From: Acaryochloris thomasi RCC1774
GTDB lineage: Bacteria; Cyanobacteriota; Cyanobacteriia; Thermosynechococcales; Thermosynechococcaceae
Direction: 5' to 3'
NCBI RefSeq assembly: GCF_003231495.1
Contig: NZ_PQWO01000016.1
Span: 30,001-62,000, forward strand
Length of the DNA: 32,000 nt
The position numbers and the translations under genes are program-made. How positions within the stretch are numbered: position 1 is the stretch's first letter; every line of letters begins with the position of its first letter. Below the pieces are notes generated by a model, which saw nothing but the letters and a program-made list of their open reading frames with translations, made no database searches and had not been told where the DNA came from. Positions 1 through 9,639 of this stretch are shown here, one piece after another.

Positions 1-1
1 T

Positions 2-1171
2 CCGTCCCCGCTATTGTTCATTCTCACCAATACCCGCGCCAATCCCCCAACCGTCGCGGCCCAAATTACACAAGAGGTCTGCCGGAATCTAAAGGCGGCA
101 GTGACCGCTGAGGCGATTCAAGACTACCTTGTCGTCAGTCGATCAGATTCGACCCTCAGGGGGCACTATCCTCTGGAGACCGATATTATTGCTCAAGAAT
201 TGGGTCCATTTGATGCCCATTTTTTGGTGCCCGCCTTTCTGGAAGGGGGACGGATCACACAGGAGAGCATCCACTACGTGCTCACAAGGGGAAAACGCAT
301 TCCAGTTGAACAAACGGAATTTGCCCAAGATCCTGTATTTGGCTTTCAGCACAGCTACCTTCCTGACTATGTAGCCGAGAAAACCCAGGGGCGTATTACC
401 GCTAGCCAAGTCGAGCGCTTTTTAGAGCCAGTGGAGCTGAAGCGCTTGCTGCAGCTCAAAGACAATCAGTGTGTAGTGGTAGATGCCCAAGTTCAGACTG
501 ACCTCGATCAGTTTGCGGTTCAGGTACTACAGGCCACTCAGCAGGGAAAACGATTCCTATTTCGCAGTGCGGCGAGTTTGCTGACGGCTCTGGCACAACT
601 CCCACCCCAGCCGGTGCCGGCAGAGCAAATAGGCCAATACCGACGTTCTGTAAATCCAGGCATTTTTATTGTCGGATCTCATGTCCAAAAAACAACGCAA
701 CAGCTCAGCCATCTCTTGAAGCAGCCAGAGACAATTGGCATTGAGATCGATGTAGCTCGACTGAGCATGGACCTCTCCAGCGAAGTTATGAAGCAGGTGA
801 GAATGGCTTACGAGCAAGGTAAAACGCTTGTGGTTTTCACAAGTCGCCAAGCATTGTCCTTTGCCGATGCAGAAACCCAACTACAGTTTGGACAAACCGT
901 GTCTTCATTTTTGACGACGATCGTGCACAATCTGCCCGAGGTGGGGTATCTCGTCAGCAAAGGGGGAATAACCTCGAACGCGATTTTGACTGAGGGGCTA
1001 CAGCTCAAGCAGGTTCGATTGCTGGGGCAAGTTCTTCCCGGTTGCTGCTTGGTACGGACGGCTGCTGAGCATCCCACATTCCCCGAGCTTCCCGTCGTAC
1101 TTTGTCCAGGGAATGTAGGGGAGATAGACACGCTCACGGAGATCTATGAGCGATTTAGGGCTTACAGATAG
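2..1171 (+). CDS. four-carbon acid sugar kinase family protein (DUF1537, OtnK/DtnK-like), 5' end cut by window edge
   Basis: The frame is open from nt 2, with no stop before the listed TTG at 14, so the N-terminus lies outside the window. Motifs VVSRSDSTLRGHYPLE and VSKGGITSN are typical of the N- and C-domains of this kinase family. Confidence 0.65.
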   Translation, partial: PSPLLFILTNTRANPPTVAAQITQEVCRNLKAAVTAEAIQDYLVVSRSDSTLRGHYPLETDIIAQELGPFDAHFLVPAFLEGGRITQESIHYVLTRGKRIPVEQTEFAQDPVFGFQHSYLPDYVAEKTQGRITASQVERFLEPVELKRLLQLKDNQCVVVDAQVQTDLDQFAVQVLQATQQGKRFLFRSAASLLTALAQLPPQPVPAEQIGQYRRSVNPGIFIVGSHVQKTTQQLSHLLKQPETIGIEIDVARLSMDLSSEVMKQVRMAYEQGKTLVVFTSRQALSFADAETQLQFGQTVSSFLTTIVHNLPEVGYLVSKGGITSNAILTEGLQLKQVRLLGQVLPGCCLVRTAAEHPTFPELPVVLCPGNVGEIDTLTEIYERFRAYR

Positions 1172-1260
1172 GCGCTCAATTGACAGGCAGGATGGGGTAG
1201 GGGAATGTGGTCTAGGTTCCACAGCCTAGAATGAAGGGAGTTTAGGAATCGTGTTCCGTT

Positions 1261-1908
1261 ATGGTTAGTGCCGTTCCTTTGGTTAAACAGCCTGTGCCGC
1301 AGCCGGTTGGTGAGCAGCGTGTGGTGCTGAGATCGCTTACCTGGCAGGGATATCTGGCCGTGCGACAGTCCCTTAGCTCTGATCGCAATACGCGTCTAAC
1401 CTACTCCGAAGGCACGTTAGAAATTACCATGCCCCTTGAGATTCATGAGTTTTCGGCTTGGTTGATTGGGCGCTTCATTTATATTCTGGCATCAGAGCTG
1501 GGAATGGAGATCAAGACAATGGGCTCAACAACGTTGGATCGACAGGTTTTGAATCGCTCCAGTGAACCAGATGCAGCCTATTACATTCAGAATCAGCCAT
1601 TAGTAGCGGGGCGGGATGTGGATTTGGATCAGGATCCACCGCCGGATTTGATTGTGGAGGTTGATATTACCCACACAGATATTGATAAGTTACGGCTGTA
1701 TGCGGCAATGGGCGTGCCGGAGTTTTGGCGATATAACGGCGAGATTTGGCGAGTTTATCAGTTGCAGGATTCTGTATATGAGGAGCTGAAGAGAAGTCCA
1801 ACTTTCCCACAGGTACCACAAGCAAAGCTATATGAGTTTTTGGCCGTGGCTCGGATGAGTGAGATGAAGGCTGACCGAGAGTTGCGAGAGTGGTTGCGAT
1901 CTTTATAG
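1261..1908 (+). CDS. Uma2 family (DUF820) PD-(D/E)XK restriction-endonuclease-like protein
   Basis: ATG start, 215 aa. Core PPDLIVEVDITHTD plus C-terminal GVPEFWRYNG are typical of the Uma2 family, which is expanded in cyanobacteria. Confidence 0.8.
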   Translation: MVSAVPLVKQPVPQPVGEQRVVLRSLTWQGYLAVRQSLSSDRNTRLTYSEGTLEITMPLEIHEFSAWLIGRFIYILASELGMEIKTMGSTTLDRQVLNRSSEPDAAYYIQNQPLVAGRDVDLDQDPPPDLIVEVDITHTDIDKLRLYAAMGVPEFWRYNGEIWRVYQLQDSVYEELKRSPTFPQVPQAKLYEFLAVARMSEMKADRELREWLRSL

Positions 1909-2000
1909 TGGGGCGGCTTTGCTCACCCAGCTAAGTGCAGGGTAAGAAACGTAGGTGACACAGAGGTCATAATTAAAGTTATCCAGCGAGAGTCTATGCC

Positions 2001-2597
2001 ATGCTTGCTACTCCACAACCTCAACGAATGACGGTCGAAGCGTATCTAGAGTGGGAGCCTTTTCAAGAACTTCGCTATGAGTTTGTCAATGGCGAAGTAT
2101 TCGCCATGACGGGCGGCACACTACCTCACAATGATATTGCGATTAACTTACTGACGGCTCTAAGGCCTCAGCTTCGCAAACAGGGTTGCCGCATCAATAT
2201 CGCTGATGCCAAGGTCAATATTACGCCGACGATCTACCGCTATCCTGACCTCGTTGTGAGCTGTGATGCACGAGATCGGGTCGCCCTCGACGCGATCCAA
2301 TATCCCAAGCTCATCGTTGAGGTCCTTTCCCCAGGAACAGAGGCACATGATCGCGGCGACAAATTCAAAGAATTCCGCACTCTAGGCAGCTTAGAAGAGT
2401 ACGTATTGATTAGCTCTACAGAAATCAGCGTCGAAATTTATCGCCGAGGCGAAGGGCGACTATGGCTGTACACAGCCTATGAAATAGGAGATTCTATAAA
2501 GCTTGAAAGTATTGATTTTGAGTGCCCAATTACGCTGCTTTATGAGGATATTTTTCAATTTGAGTCGACGGAAAACAAAGAGGGTCATTCAGCCTGA
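2001..2597 (+). CDS. Uma2 family (DUF820) endonuclease-like protein
   Basis: ATG start, 198 aa. MTVEAYLEWEP...RYEFVNGEVFAMTGGTLPHN, YPDLVVSC and KLIVEVLSPGTEAHDRGDKFKEF match the Uma2 pattern. It forms a tandem paralogue pair with 1261-1908. Confidence 0.8.
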   Translation: MLATPQPQRMTVEAYLEWEPFQELRYEFVNGEVFAMTGGTLPHNDIAINLLTALRPQLRKQGCRINIADAKVNITPTIYRYPDLVVSCDARDRVALDAIQYPKLIVEVLSPGTEAHDRGDKFKEFRTLGSLEEYVLISSTEISVEIYRRGEGRLWLYTAYEIGDSIKLESIDFECPITLLYEDIFQFESTENKEGHSA

Positions 2598-2647
2598 GAC
2601 ATGATGGATTCCTCGCTAGCAATGCAGCACTGCGACCGTCAACGGCC

Positions 2648-3313
2648 CTAAGGCGACAGACGCTCAATTTTCCATTGCTGGTCCGAGAGTCGATAGCAAA
2701 GACGATCGTGGAGTCGGTTGGGGCGACCTTGCCAGAATTCAATTAGATTAGGCATCAGTCGATAGCCGCCCCAGTGTGGTGGTCGGGGGATGGGCTGATC
2801 TTGGTACTGCTGCTCTAGGTCGCGGAGGCGAGTTTCTAAGATGTTGCGATCGCAAATCACCGCACTCTGCTCCGACGCCCAGGCCCCAATCTGACTCCCA
2901 CGGGGCCGACGGTGAAAATAAGCCTCCGTCTCAGCATCAGAGATCTTGCTGATCGCCCCCTCAACCCGAACCTGACGCTCTAACTCAGCCCACCAAAACA
3001 CTAGCGCTGCGTATGGCGTTTGGGCTAATTCTTGCCCCTTCCGGCTGTGATAGTTGGTATACAGCATGAACCCTTCGGGACTGCAGCCCTTGAGCAACAC
3101 CATCCGAGCGGCAGGTCTCCCGTCAGTAGTGACCGTCGCCAACGTCATTGCATTCGGTTCGGGTAACTCAGCCTCCACCGCCTGATCAAACCAAAGCTGA
3201 AACTGCTGGAACGGATCTGCCGAAACATCAGATTCCAAAAGAGCCTTGTATCGATAGTCCTGTCGGAGGTCTGCAATCTCCACTGAACGTCCTTCAGAAC
3301 TTGCCGAATTCAT
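2648..3313 (-). CDS. pdxH: pyridoxamine 5'-phosphate oxidase
   Basis: C-terminal [18 protein letters not shown], plus RMVLLKG and YTNYHSRKG, are PdxH hallmarks. The track start at 3319 is TTG and the first ATG is at 3313. The gene lies 37 nt downstream of the DUF2339-like gene on the same strand. Confidence 0.9.
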   Translation of the reverse strand: MNSASSEGRSVEIADLRQDYRYKALLESDVSADPFQQFQLWFDQAVEAELPEPNAMTLATVTTDGRPAARMVLLKGCSPEGFMLYTNYHSRKGQELAQTPYAALVFWWAELERQVRVEGAISKISDAETEAYFHRRPRGSQIGAWASEQSAVICDRNILETRLRDLEQQYQDQPIPRPPHWGGYRLMPNLIEFWQGRPNRLHDRLCYRLSDQQWKIERLSP

Positions 3314-3356
3314 TCTCAAATTACCTCTACACCAATAGACGGGAGCGGCCTATATT

Positions 3357-5162
3357 TTACGCATCTCGCTCAGAAATGTCTTGGCTTGCCTTCGGCTTCC
3401 ACAATACCTGGAGGGCATAACTGAGTCCTAAAAAGACAGCCCCAAAACCTAGAGACAGCAAAATTCGCCAGAGCGCTTCTACATTGGCAAGATCGTAGAG
3501 GATTAGCTTAGAAACCGCCAGCAGCAGCGTTGCTAGACCGGTCCAGCGGAGCGCTGACCAATCCTGACGTAGCCCCACAATTAAAACCCCAATCGCGTAG
3601 ATACCCCAGGCCACCGTGACATATCCAGCCCCTTGAGCCGCTAGCTCTCGCCACAGCCAGATTAGCAGCTCGAAATGAACAACAAGCTGATAGAGCCGCG
3701 CCATCGATTTTGCCCGGATCATCAGTGAGGCAAGTAGCAAAAGACCCATTGCCACCAAGTCAGCCAATGCCCGAGGATTGAACAGCATCGGCACGTTTAC
3801 AGTGGCGTCCAGCCGCACCAGAATCCAGCAACTCACGGTGGCAGACAGAAGATGGGCGGGTACCAAAAGCTGCGGCGTTGCGGTTCGTCGCGCCACAGTA
3901 TGAACCAACAACGCCTCTAAAGCCAGGATCATGAGCAGCACATGCCCCTGAAAAATGGCAGGCAAGGCCAGTGAGAACAGAACAACAGCTGTTAGCCAGT
4001 GCGTATTACCCAGAAGTTTGAGCTGATTCCGCTGTCGCAAGGCTGAGCCGCCCGCCCCGTAAAGCAGGGCTGCAGCAACCGTGAGCCACCCCAGTAGTTG
4101 GCGGCCCAAACCCCAAATCGTCCCCGTCGCCAATAGCAACCCAAGGGGCGTTAGGAATGCGATCGCATATATCGTCGGCGTTCTCAATGCTGCTAACGGC
4201 GTCGAGTTGGAACGTTTAAGCTGAAACAGCACGCTAGCGATGGGAATAATGGCAAAGGCAACCCACCCCAGCAAGAATCCGGTTTGGATGCCCATTAGAT
4301 CGGGATTTGCGATCGCAACCTTTAACCATTTGCCATAGTTGTCAGTCCCTCCCAGCGAGACAGAGCTAATAACTGACCAGCCAAAAATCATCCCGACGCC
4401 GATATAGGTCGTCCAGAGCAGCGACTGCCAGCTTTTATAAAAATAGATGCCGCTCGTGCCGATCAAAATCAAGCAGGTATAGGCAACCAGCGTCACAGGG
4501 CTACCCTGATCGCTGTAGAGCAAAAAGGGCGTCCCTAAACCTCCAATGGCCCCGACCACGGCTAAAACAGCCTGACTGGACCGCCAAGACATCACAAACG
4601 CCAGCAGCGTCACCAACACCATCCACACAAAAGCAGCAGGATAAGCCAAGAGCTGATAGAGCTGGTAAGCCGCAAACCCTGTGATGTAAAAGGTACCAAT
4701 ACTGCCGCCAATTAAGATTTGACTCAGAGCAGACCGCTGCTGCTGCAGTCGCCAGCCCAAGAAAAAGAGCACACAACCCAGTCCGAGACCAAACCCCACC
4801 CGCACTTCCGGGATAATCCATCCCTGGTCAATGGAATATTTGAACAGGAAAGCAACGCCTAACAGCAGCAGGCCAATACCGAGGCGGTTCAACCAAAATT
4901 CTTCGCGGTTTACCCCAACTAAGTTCGGGATTTTGAGAGCGGGCCTCTGTTTTCTTTGAGCGTCGGAGACATCAGAGACAAAGACGACCTCATCCTGTGG
5001 AGCTTGAAGGAGTTTAGGGCTGACAGCAGGACGAACATTAAGTTCGGGATCAGAAGCATCCAGTCGAGGAGGGACGGTCAGCTTCTCTAGCGTTTTCTGC
5101 AGATCAGAAACGACTAATTCCAGATGAGCAATACGCTTTTCTAGGTCTACATTATCGGCCAT
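3357..5162 (-). CDS. DUF2339-like polytopic membrane protein
   Basis: ATG start, 601 aa. An N-terminal coiled-coil-like segment (LEKRIAHLELVVSDLQKTLEKL) is followed by well over ten hydrophobic helices, which is the architecture of DUF2339 proteins. The family assignment is from memory and has not been searched. Confidence 0.55.
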   Translation of the reverse strand: MADNVDLEKRIAHLELVVSDLQKTLEKLTVPPRLDASDPELNVRPAVSPKLLQAPQDEVVFVSDVSDAQRKQRPALKIPNLVGVNREEFWLNRLGIGLLLLGVAFLFKYSIDQGWIIPEVRVGFGLGLGCVLFFLGWRLQQQRSALSQILIGGSIGTFYITGFAAYQLYQLLAYPAAFVWMVLVTLLAFVMSWRSSQAVLAVVGAIGGLGTPFLLYSDQGSPVTLVAYTCLILIGTSGIYFYKSWQSLLWTTYIGVGMIFGWSVISSVSLGGTDNYGKWLKVAIANPDLMGIQTGFLLGWVAFAIIPIASVLFQLKRSNSTPLAALRTPTIYAIAFLTPLGLLLATGTIWGLGRQLLGWLTVAAALLYGAGGSALRQRNQLKLLGNTHWLTAVVLFSLALPAIFQGHVLLMILALEALLVHTVARRTATPQLLVPAHLLSATVSCWILVRLDATVNVPMLFNPRALADLVAMGLLLLASLMIRAKSMARLYQLVVHFELLIWLWRELAAQGAGYVTVAWGIYAIGVLIVGLRQDWSALRWTGLATLLLAVSKLILYDLANVEALWRILLSLGFGAVFLGLSYALQVLWKPKASQDISERDA

Positions 5163-5554
5163 AGCCTTGATGCGTAACGGCTTGCTTTCAGCATATCTAG
5201 TGATGTCAGGGTGAATCGTGACTTTTGTGCCACTTTAGAAAGCGGGTTTAGAGCGATATAGCAGTACCTAGCTGAGTTAGGACAGCCATTTCTGCCTACA
5301 GATGGGTTTCAGCCATTTTTATGTCCTAAGCAATACGTGTACTGCTGTAAACCCAGATCTGCAGGGTTAGCACCCACTTAAACCAATTGATTCAAGGGTT
5401 ATCCAGCGCAGGGCATCACAATAAACACCCATCAACTCACAGCATCTAACAAATCAATGGAACATTGAGGTAAAACTGTTGTTACATTAAGGAGTGGAGA
5501 GCGTCACTCAGCGTTCCCTTGCGAATTGACCTGCTGCAAGTACATAAGACTGCT

Positions 5555-6271
5555 ATGCCCCCATCGACCTCCGACTCCAACGGACAGATTTTATACCCCG
5601 CCTCTCAGTCAGAACTCCCCCAAGAGCTAGCTGAGAACGTCATTCTGTCATCTGTAAGCGACCTCTATGACTGGGCCAGACTCTCAAGCCTATGGCCGCT
5701 GTTGTACGGTACCGCTTGCTGCTTTATTGAAGTTGCGGCGATGATCGGCTCTCGATTTGACTTCGATCGCTTTGGCCTCGTGCCGCGTTCCAGCCCCAGG
5801 CAGGCCGACCTTTTGATCACAGCGGGCACGGTCACGATGAAGATGGCCCCAGCACTGGTACGTCTCTACGAGCAAATGCCGGAGCCTAAGTATGTGATTG
5901 CCATGGGTGCCTGCACCATTACCGGCGGCATGTTCAGTACTGATTCCTATTCAGCAGTGCGCGGCGTCGATAAGCTGATTCCCGTTGACGTCTATTTGCC
6001 AGGGTGCCCACCCCGGCCTGAGGCGGTGATGGATGCGATTGTGAAACTGCGCAAGAAGATTTCTAATGAAGATATCCGTGAGCGGGGGCAGATTGCACAG
6101 AAGCACCGCTATTACAGTACGGCTCATCAAATGAAGGTCGTACCTCCCATTTTGACGGGTGAGTATTTAGAGTCAGCGACTCGCAAAGCGCCTCCGGCAG
6201 AATTAGCGGCGGCAACGACGATGCCAGTGCCCGCTCTGAAAGTTCCAGAGACAGAGTCAACAGAGGCTTAG
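5555..6271 (+). CDS. ndhK: NAD(P)H-quinone oxidoreductase (NDH-1) subunit K / NuoB homologue
   Basis: [46 protein letters not shown] and [10 protein letters not shown] supply the Fe-S cluster N2 cysteines, and the C-terminal tail is the cyanobacterial type. The track start at 5519 is TTG and the first ATG is at 5555. Confidence 0.93.
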   Translation: MPPSTSDSNGQILYPASQSELPQELAENVILSSVSDLYDWARLSSLWPLLYGTACCFIEVAAMIGSRFDFDRFGLVPRSSPRQADLLITAGTVTMKMAPALVRLYEQMPEPKYVIAMGACTITGGMFSTDSYSAVRGVDKLIPVDVYLPGCPPRPEAVMDAIVKLRKKISNEDIRERGQIAQKHRYYSTAHQMKVVPPILTGEYLESATRKAPPAELAAATTMPVPALKVPETESTEA

Positions 6272-6290
6272 CCGCTCGCAAAAACTCTAT

Positions 6291-7706
6291 TCATAAGCAA
6301 GTCACTTCCTCTCGAGCCTGCAGCTTGATGCGGTAGTTGCTCTTGATTCTCTTGAGCGGAAACTGAATAAAGTCGGCGTCGCCCATTAAGTCCCAGTCAA
6401 ATCGCTGCAGCAGGTGAAGGATGAAGATCTTTGCAGTCGCGATCGCAAGTTGCGCTCCCAAACAGGCATGAACACCCCCACCAAATGGAATAAACTCATA
6501 CATCCGACCTTCACCCTGCTCTGGCAGAAACCGTTCCGGCTTGAACTGATCGGGATTCGCAAAATAAGCCTCAATGGCGTGGGCAATTCGGGGTTCAGCA
6601 ATCACATTCCAGCCGGCCTTGAACAGCACTCCATCTAGGGCAACCGACTTCGTCAATTTGCGGGTGGCCGTAGAACTAGGCGGCAACAACCGTAGCGTCT
6701 CCTTGATCGTGGCATCTAAAAACATTAGGGGCTTCAGTTGTTCCATCGACAGCGCTTCTAGATGCTCCTCTTTACCAAGGACAGCAACCTGCTCGGCTCG
6801 CACCTGCTTAATGCATTGGGGGTATTGACCCAATTGGTACATCCAGGAGGACAGCAAAATAGAGACTTCGTAGTGAGAAGCCCAAAGCTGCAGTAAGCAC
6901 TGATTTTCGATCAAATCATCGCTAAAGACGCTGTCTGGATTCTCTTGCTGACTCGCTAGCATCATGGATAAGAAATCAGTAGCGGGTTCCAGAGGTGTCT
7001 GCCGACGCTGTTGAATCAAAGCGCGCATAAAGTCGATAAGCTTAGCCCTAGCCCGCTTGCCACGGCCAAAGGTGGTCAAAGGCGACTGCCATTTAACGAG
7101 GCCATAGAAACCATCAAAAAAGGTTTGATATTGCCGCTTCAGTTCAGCCTTCGTAGAGATCGGGAGTCCGGTTAAAGCAACGTCTCCTTGACTGAGCGGA
7201 ATTCCTAAGAGCTGCAGGACCAATAGATCAAAAACGAAGTCTTCCAGCAACGGCGTGAGGGCAATAGGCTGAGACGCATCCCAGCTCTGCAGATGTTCTG
7301 TGAGCAACGGATGAATCTTAGCGCAGTAGTCGGCTAGCATATTACCGCTGAAGGCAGGCCGCACAGCACTTTTCCGTTGGCGATGTAAATCAGGTCGCTG
7401 AAATAAGCTAAACTCGCCAAACATATCCATTGTGGTGGCGGGCAAGCCAATTTCTGTATAGTCAGCATCGCCATTGAAGGTCATTTGAATGGCTTCGGCA
7501 GAACCGACAAAGACCGTCGTTCCACCAAAGACGCTGGTTTTAAAGACGGGGCCGTATTGGGCTAGATTGTGACGGCAGAACTGATCAGGGTCGGCAATAT
7601 AAGCAAGGGTATCCGTCCACTTTGGACGACGGGGTGGCTCAGAAAGCTGTTCTGGCGGCGATTGCTCATCAGAGAACACGGTCCAGTTTTTGAGGGGTTG
7701 ATCCAT
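6291..7706 (-). CDS. cytochrome P450 (CYP120-like)
   Basis: ATG start, 471 aa. Contains the heme-thiolate loop FIPFGGGVHACLGAQLA, the K-helix ETLRL and the PERF motif. The I-helix motif is non-canonical (see findings). Confidence 0.9.
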   Translation of the reverse strand: MDQPLKNWTVFSDEQSPPEQLSEPPRRPKWTDTLAYIADPDQFCRHNLAQYGPVFKTSVFGGTTVFVGSAEAIQMTFNGDADYTEIGLPATTMDMFGEFSLFQRPDLHRQRKSAVRPAFSGNMLADYCAKIHPLLTEHLQSWDASQPIALTPLLEDFVFDLLVLQLLGIPLSQGDVALTGLPISTKAELKRQYQTFFDGFYGLVKWQSPLTTFGRGKRARAKLIDFMRALIQQRRQTPLEPATDFLSMMLASQQENPDSVFSDDLIENQCLLQLWASHYEVSILLSSWMYQLGQYPQCIKQVRAEQVAVLGKEEHLEALSMEQLKPLMFLDATIKETLRLLPPSSTATRKLTKSVALDGVLFKAGWNVIAEPRIAHAIEAYFANPDQFKPERFLPEQGEGRMYEFIPFGGGVHACLGAQLAIATAKIFILHLLQRFDWDLMGDADFIQFPLKRIKSNYRIKLQAREEVTCL

Positions 7707-7882
7707 TACAGCGATAGAGGTTAAGCACTACTCTTGCAGTCTATGGCAAGCCCCCTAATTTCACTAACGGCAGAGGCTACAACTTCAAAGCTGGGGAGAA
7801 GTATTTTTCAGCTAATGCCAACTTTTCGGATGGGGGTGGAGATCATGCCTTTCGTCTAAAACGCGACTTGGCTTTGGATGAC

Positions 7883-8512
7883 TTAGACGTTTCCAGCGTT
7901 CAAAACCATTGCAGCAGTCAGGTTCAGATTAGGGAAAGTGGATGAAACAATAGTCTGATTGCCTCGAAGCATCTGAATTTCGTATTCTCCATCCACTAAC
8001 GTACAGACAGAAAGAGTGGGTTGTTTAGGCTTCCCAATGTGTCGAATCCCGCCTAAGCCTGCGTAGTCTGCAATCCAATATTCACGAATGCCCAAAGCTG
8101 CGTAGTCTTCGACCTTGCGGGCATAGTCATTTTGCCAATTGCTACTCACCACTTCTACGACAAATTTAATTGAACTGCCCAACGTCAGAATAGACTGCTC
8201 TAGCCACAATGGTTCTTTTGCCAGCTCTGTACGATCAATGACGGCGACATCAGGCCGAAATGCTGTCATCGCTGCATTTGAGGGGCGCAACAGTCCGCGC
8301 TGAAGAACAAAATAAGGCAGATTCGCTTGATCTATTTGGACGCAGATTTTTGTGTTGATGAAAGCTGAGACTTCCTCATGTTGACCGGTTGGCTCCAAGT
8401 CAAACACCTCTCCGTCAATGAGTTCGTAGCGGTTGCTTTCGCCATAATGAGCTAGGAATGCTTCAAAGCTCAGAGGCTGCTGTTGTATCAGTTTGTCGGT
8501 TGCAACGGCCAT
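7883..8512 (-). CDS. Uma2 family (DUF820) endonuclease-like protein
   Basis: ATG start, 209 aa. YELIDGEVFDLEPTGQHE, RPDVAVID, FVVEVVSSNWQNDYARKVEDYAALGIREYWIADY. Confidence 0.8.
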   Translation of the reverse strand: MAVATDKLIQQQPLSFEAFLAHYGESNRYELIDGEVFDLEPTGQHEEVSAFINTKICVQIDQANLPYFVLQRGLLRPSNAAMTAFRPDVAVIDRTELAKEPLWLEQSILTLGSSIKFVVEVVSSNWQNDYARKVEDYAALGIREYWIADYAGLGGIRHIGKPKQPTLSVCTLVDGEYEIQMLRGNQTIVSSTFPNLNLTAAMVLNAGNV

Positions 8513-8629
8513 CAGTTATTTCAGCCCAATCAATACGCTCAGTCTACCAAATTCGATATATGACAGATATTGAGGTGTGCAGATCACAATATCCCCTGTG
8601 GTCAGCCTTTTCGTAGCTTGATTCTCTTG

Positions 8630-9148
8630 CTAGTCAGGTAATTCAGGACCGCTTGTGTAGAGATCAATATCTAGTTCACCGCCCAATTCAGCAAGGTGCT
8701 TCAAGACATCAGAATCAAGATGCCAGCCACCAGACGAACCTTGATATTCGTAGTACGCAACACTGATGAAGAACTCACACGTTGGCGGCAATGCTCTGAC
8801 GTCTTCAGTTCGCAAGTCGCCGAACAAATGCCTGAGCTTTGTTTCAAAATCAAGACAATCAGGGACATCGGGCTTATATTCCCAGCGATGTTTAGGACAT
8901 CGTCGAAGACCATTGGCTATTGGATCACCTTTTGCTTGCGTCTTAGTTGGCTGAAGTGACAAAGCTGCAGAAATTTCTGCCGTTGTCACGTCTGTGCTAT
9001 AAACTCCAGCGCATATCTTGACATGAGGGCTAACAAAACCTCCTGCGATTTCAGGCACCTCAGCATCGCAGCACACCATAACAACCCAGTAGTAGCGTTC
9101 ATCGCGCAGCTTTAGGTAGACCTGTTGGCAGTTATGACCAGCTCCCAC
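8630..9148 (-). CDS. hypothetical protein, DUF4279-like
   Basis: The segment VYSTDVTTAEISAALSLQPTKTQAKGD and the C-terminus HLDSDVLKHLAELGGELDIDLY resemble the DUF4279 pattern, recalled from memory. The start is ambiguous: GTG at 9148 or ATG at 9079. Confidence 0.45.
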   Translation of the reverse strand: MGAGHNCQQVYLKLRDERYYWVVMVCCDAEVPEIAGGFVSPHVKICAGVYSTDVTTAEISAALSLQPTKTQAKGDPIANGLRRCPKHRWEYKPDVPDCLDFETKLRHLFGDLRTEDVRALPPTCEFFISVAYYEYQGSSGGWHLDSDVLKHLAELGGELDIDLYTSGPELPD

Positions 9149-9299
9149 ATAGGCAAGCGGTTCATCAGCTAATTGATGGACAGCGAAAAACTGCTCAGTG
9201 ACGCCCCATGTTGGCGAAAGAACTTCTGCGATCGCAACTGCAGCAATCTCAGCGTCAGAGTGGTTTGTGGGAGTCAGATGACGCTCCTATCTACTCTTC

Positions 9300-9639
9300 T
9301 CAGGACTCGGGAGGGATCTTCGATTTCAGGTCTCCAATCAGAGGCAAAATTTCAGATTGAACAACATCCCAAACGATATTGAGATTTACATCGTTATATT
9401 CATGAACTAAGCGATTTCGCATGCCAAATATTTCATGCCATGAAATATTTGGCAAGGTCTGTCGAGTTGTCTCGGATACCCGTCTTGCAGCTTCAGCAAG
9501 CACCAACAACCGCCGAATTACTGCATCTTGAAGTTGCACATTTTCTGCAAATTCGTTTTTTGAGCATTGGGCTGTAATAGGTCATGATTAGTTCTGCTGA
9601 TTGCAGCATATCAAGCAGGAATTGAAGATCCCGTTGCAT
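9300..9639 (-). pseudogene. hepT: HepT (DUF86) ribonuclease toxin, disrupted by a 1-nt frameshift
   Basis: The N-terminal part MQRDLQFLLDMLQSAELIMTYYSPMLK is in one frame (ATG at 9639). The C-terminal part QLQDAVIRRL...GMRNRLVHEYNDVNL..VWDVV, carrying the RX4HXY active-site motif, is in another. Removing one A from the A6 run (T6 at 9556-9561 on the plus strand) joins them as ...LKNEFAENVQLQDAVIRR..., a HepT of about 112 aa. Confidence 0.8.

Noticed and set aside
1172-1260. Hairpin TCTAGG-ttccacag-CCTAGA after the sugar-kinase gene, considered as a terminator
   Set aside because: The stem is only 6 bp and no T-tract follows, so it does not meet intrinsic-terminator criteria.
4501-4821. Numerous 60-170 aa ORFs nested inside or antisense to the large genes. 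Examples are 4501-4821, 12568-12939, 13155-13502, 14431-14718, 17960-18277, 18085-18552, 20296-20688, 21402-21737, 24620-24961, 24789-25292 and 29848-30186.
   Set aside because: Each is fully overlapped by a longer ORF with clear family motifs. Their products are low-complexity Arg/Ser/Pro-rich shadow-frame translations with no recognisable motifs.
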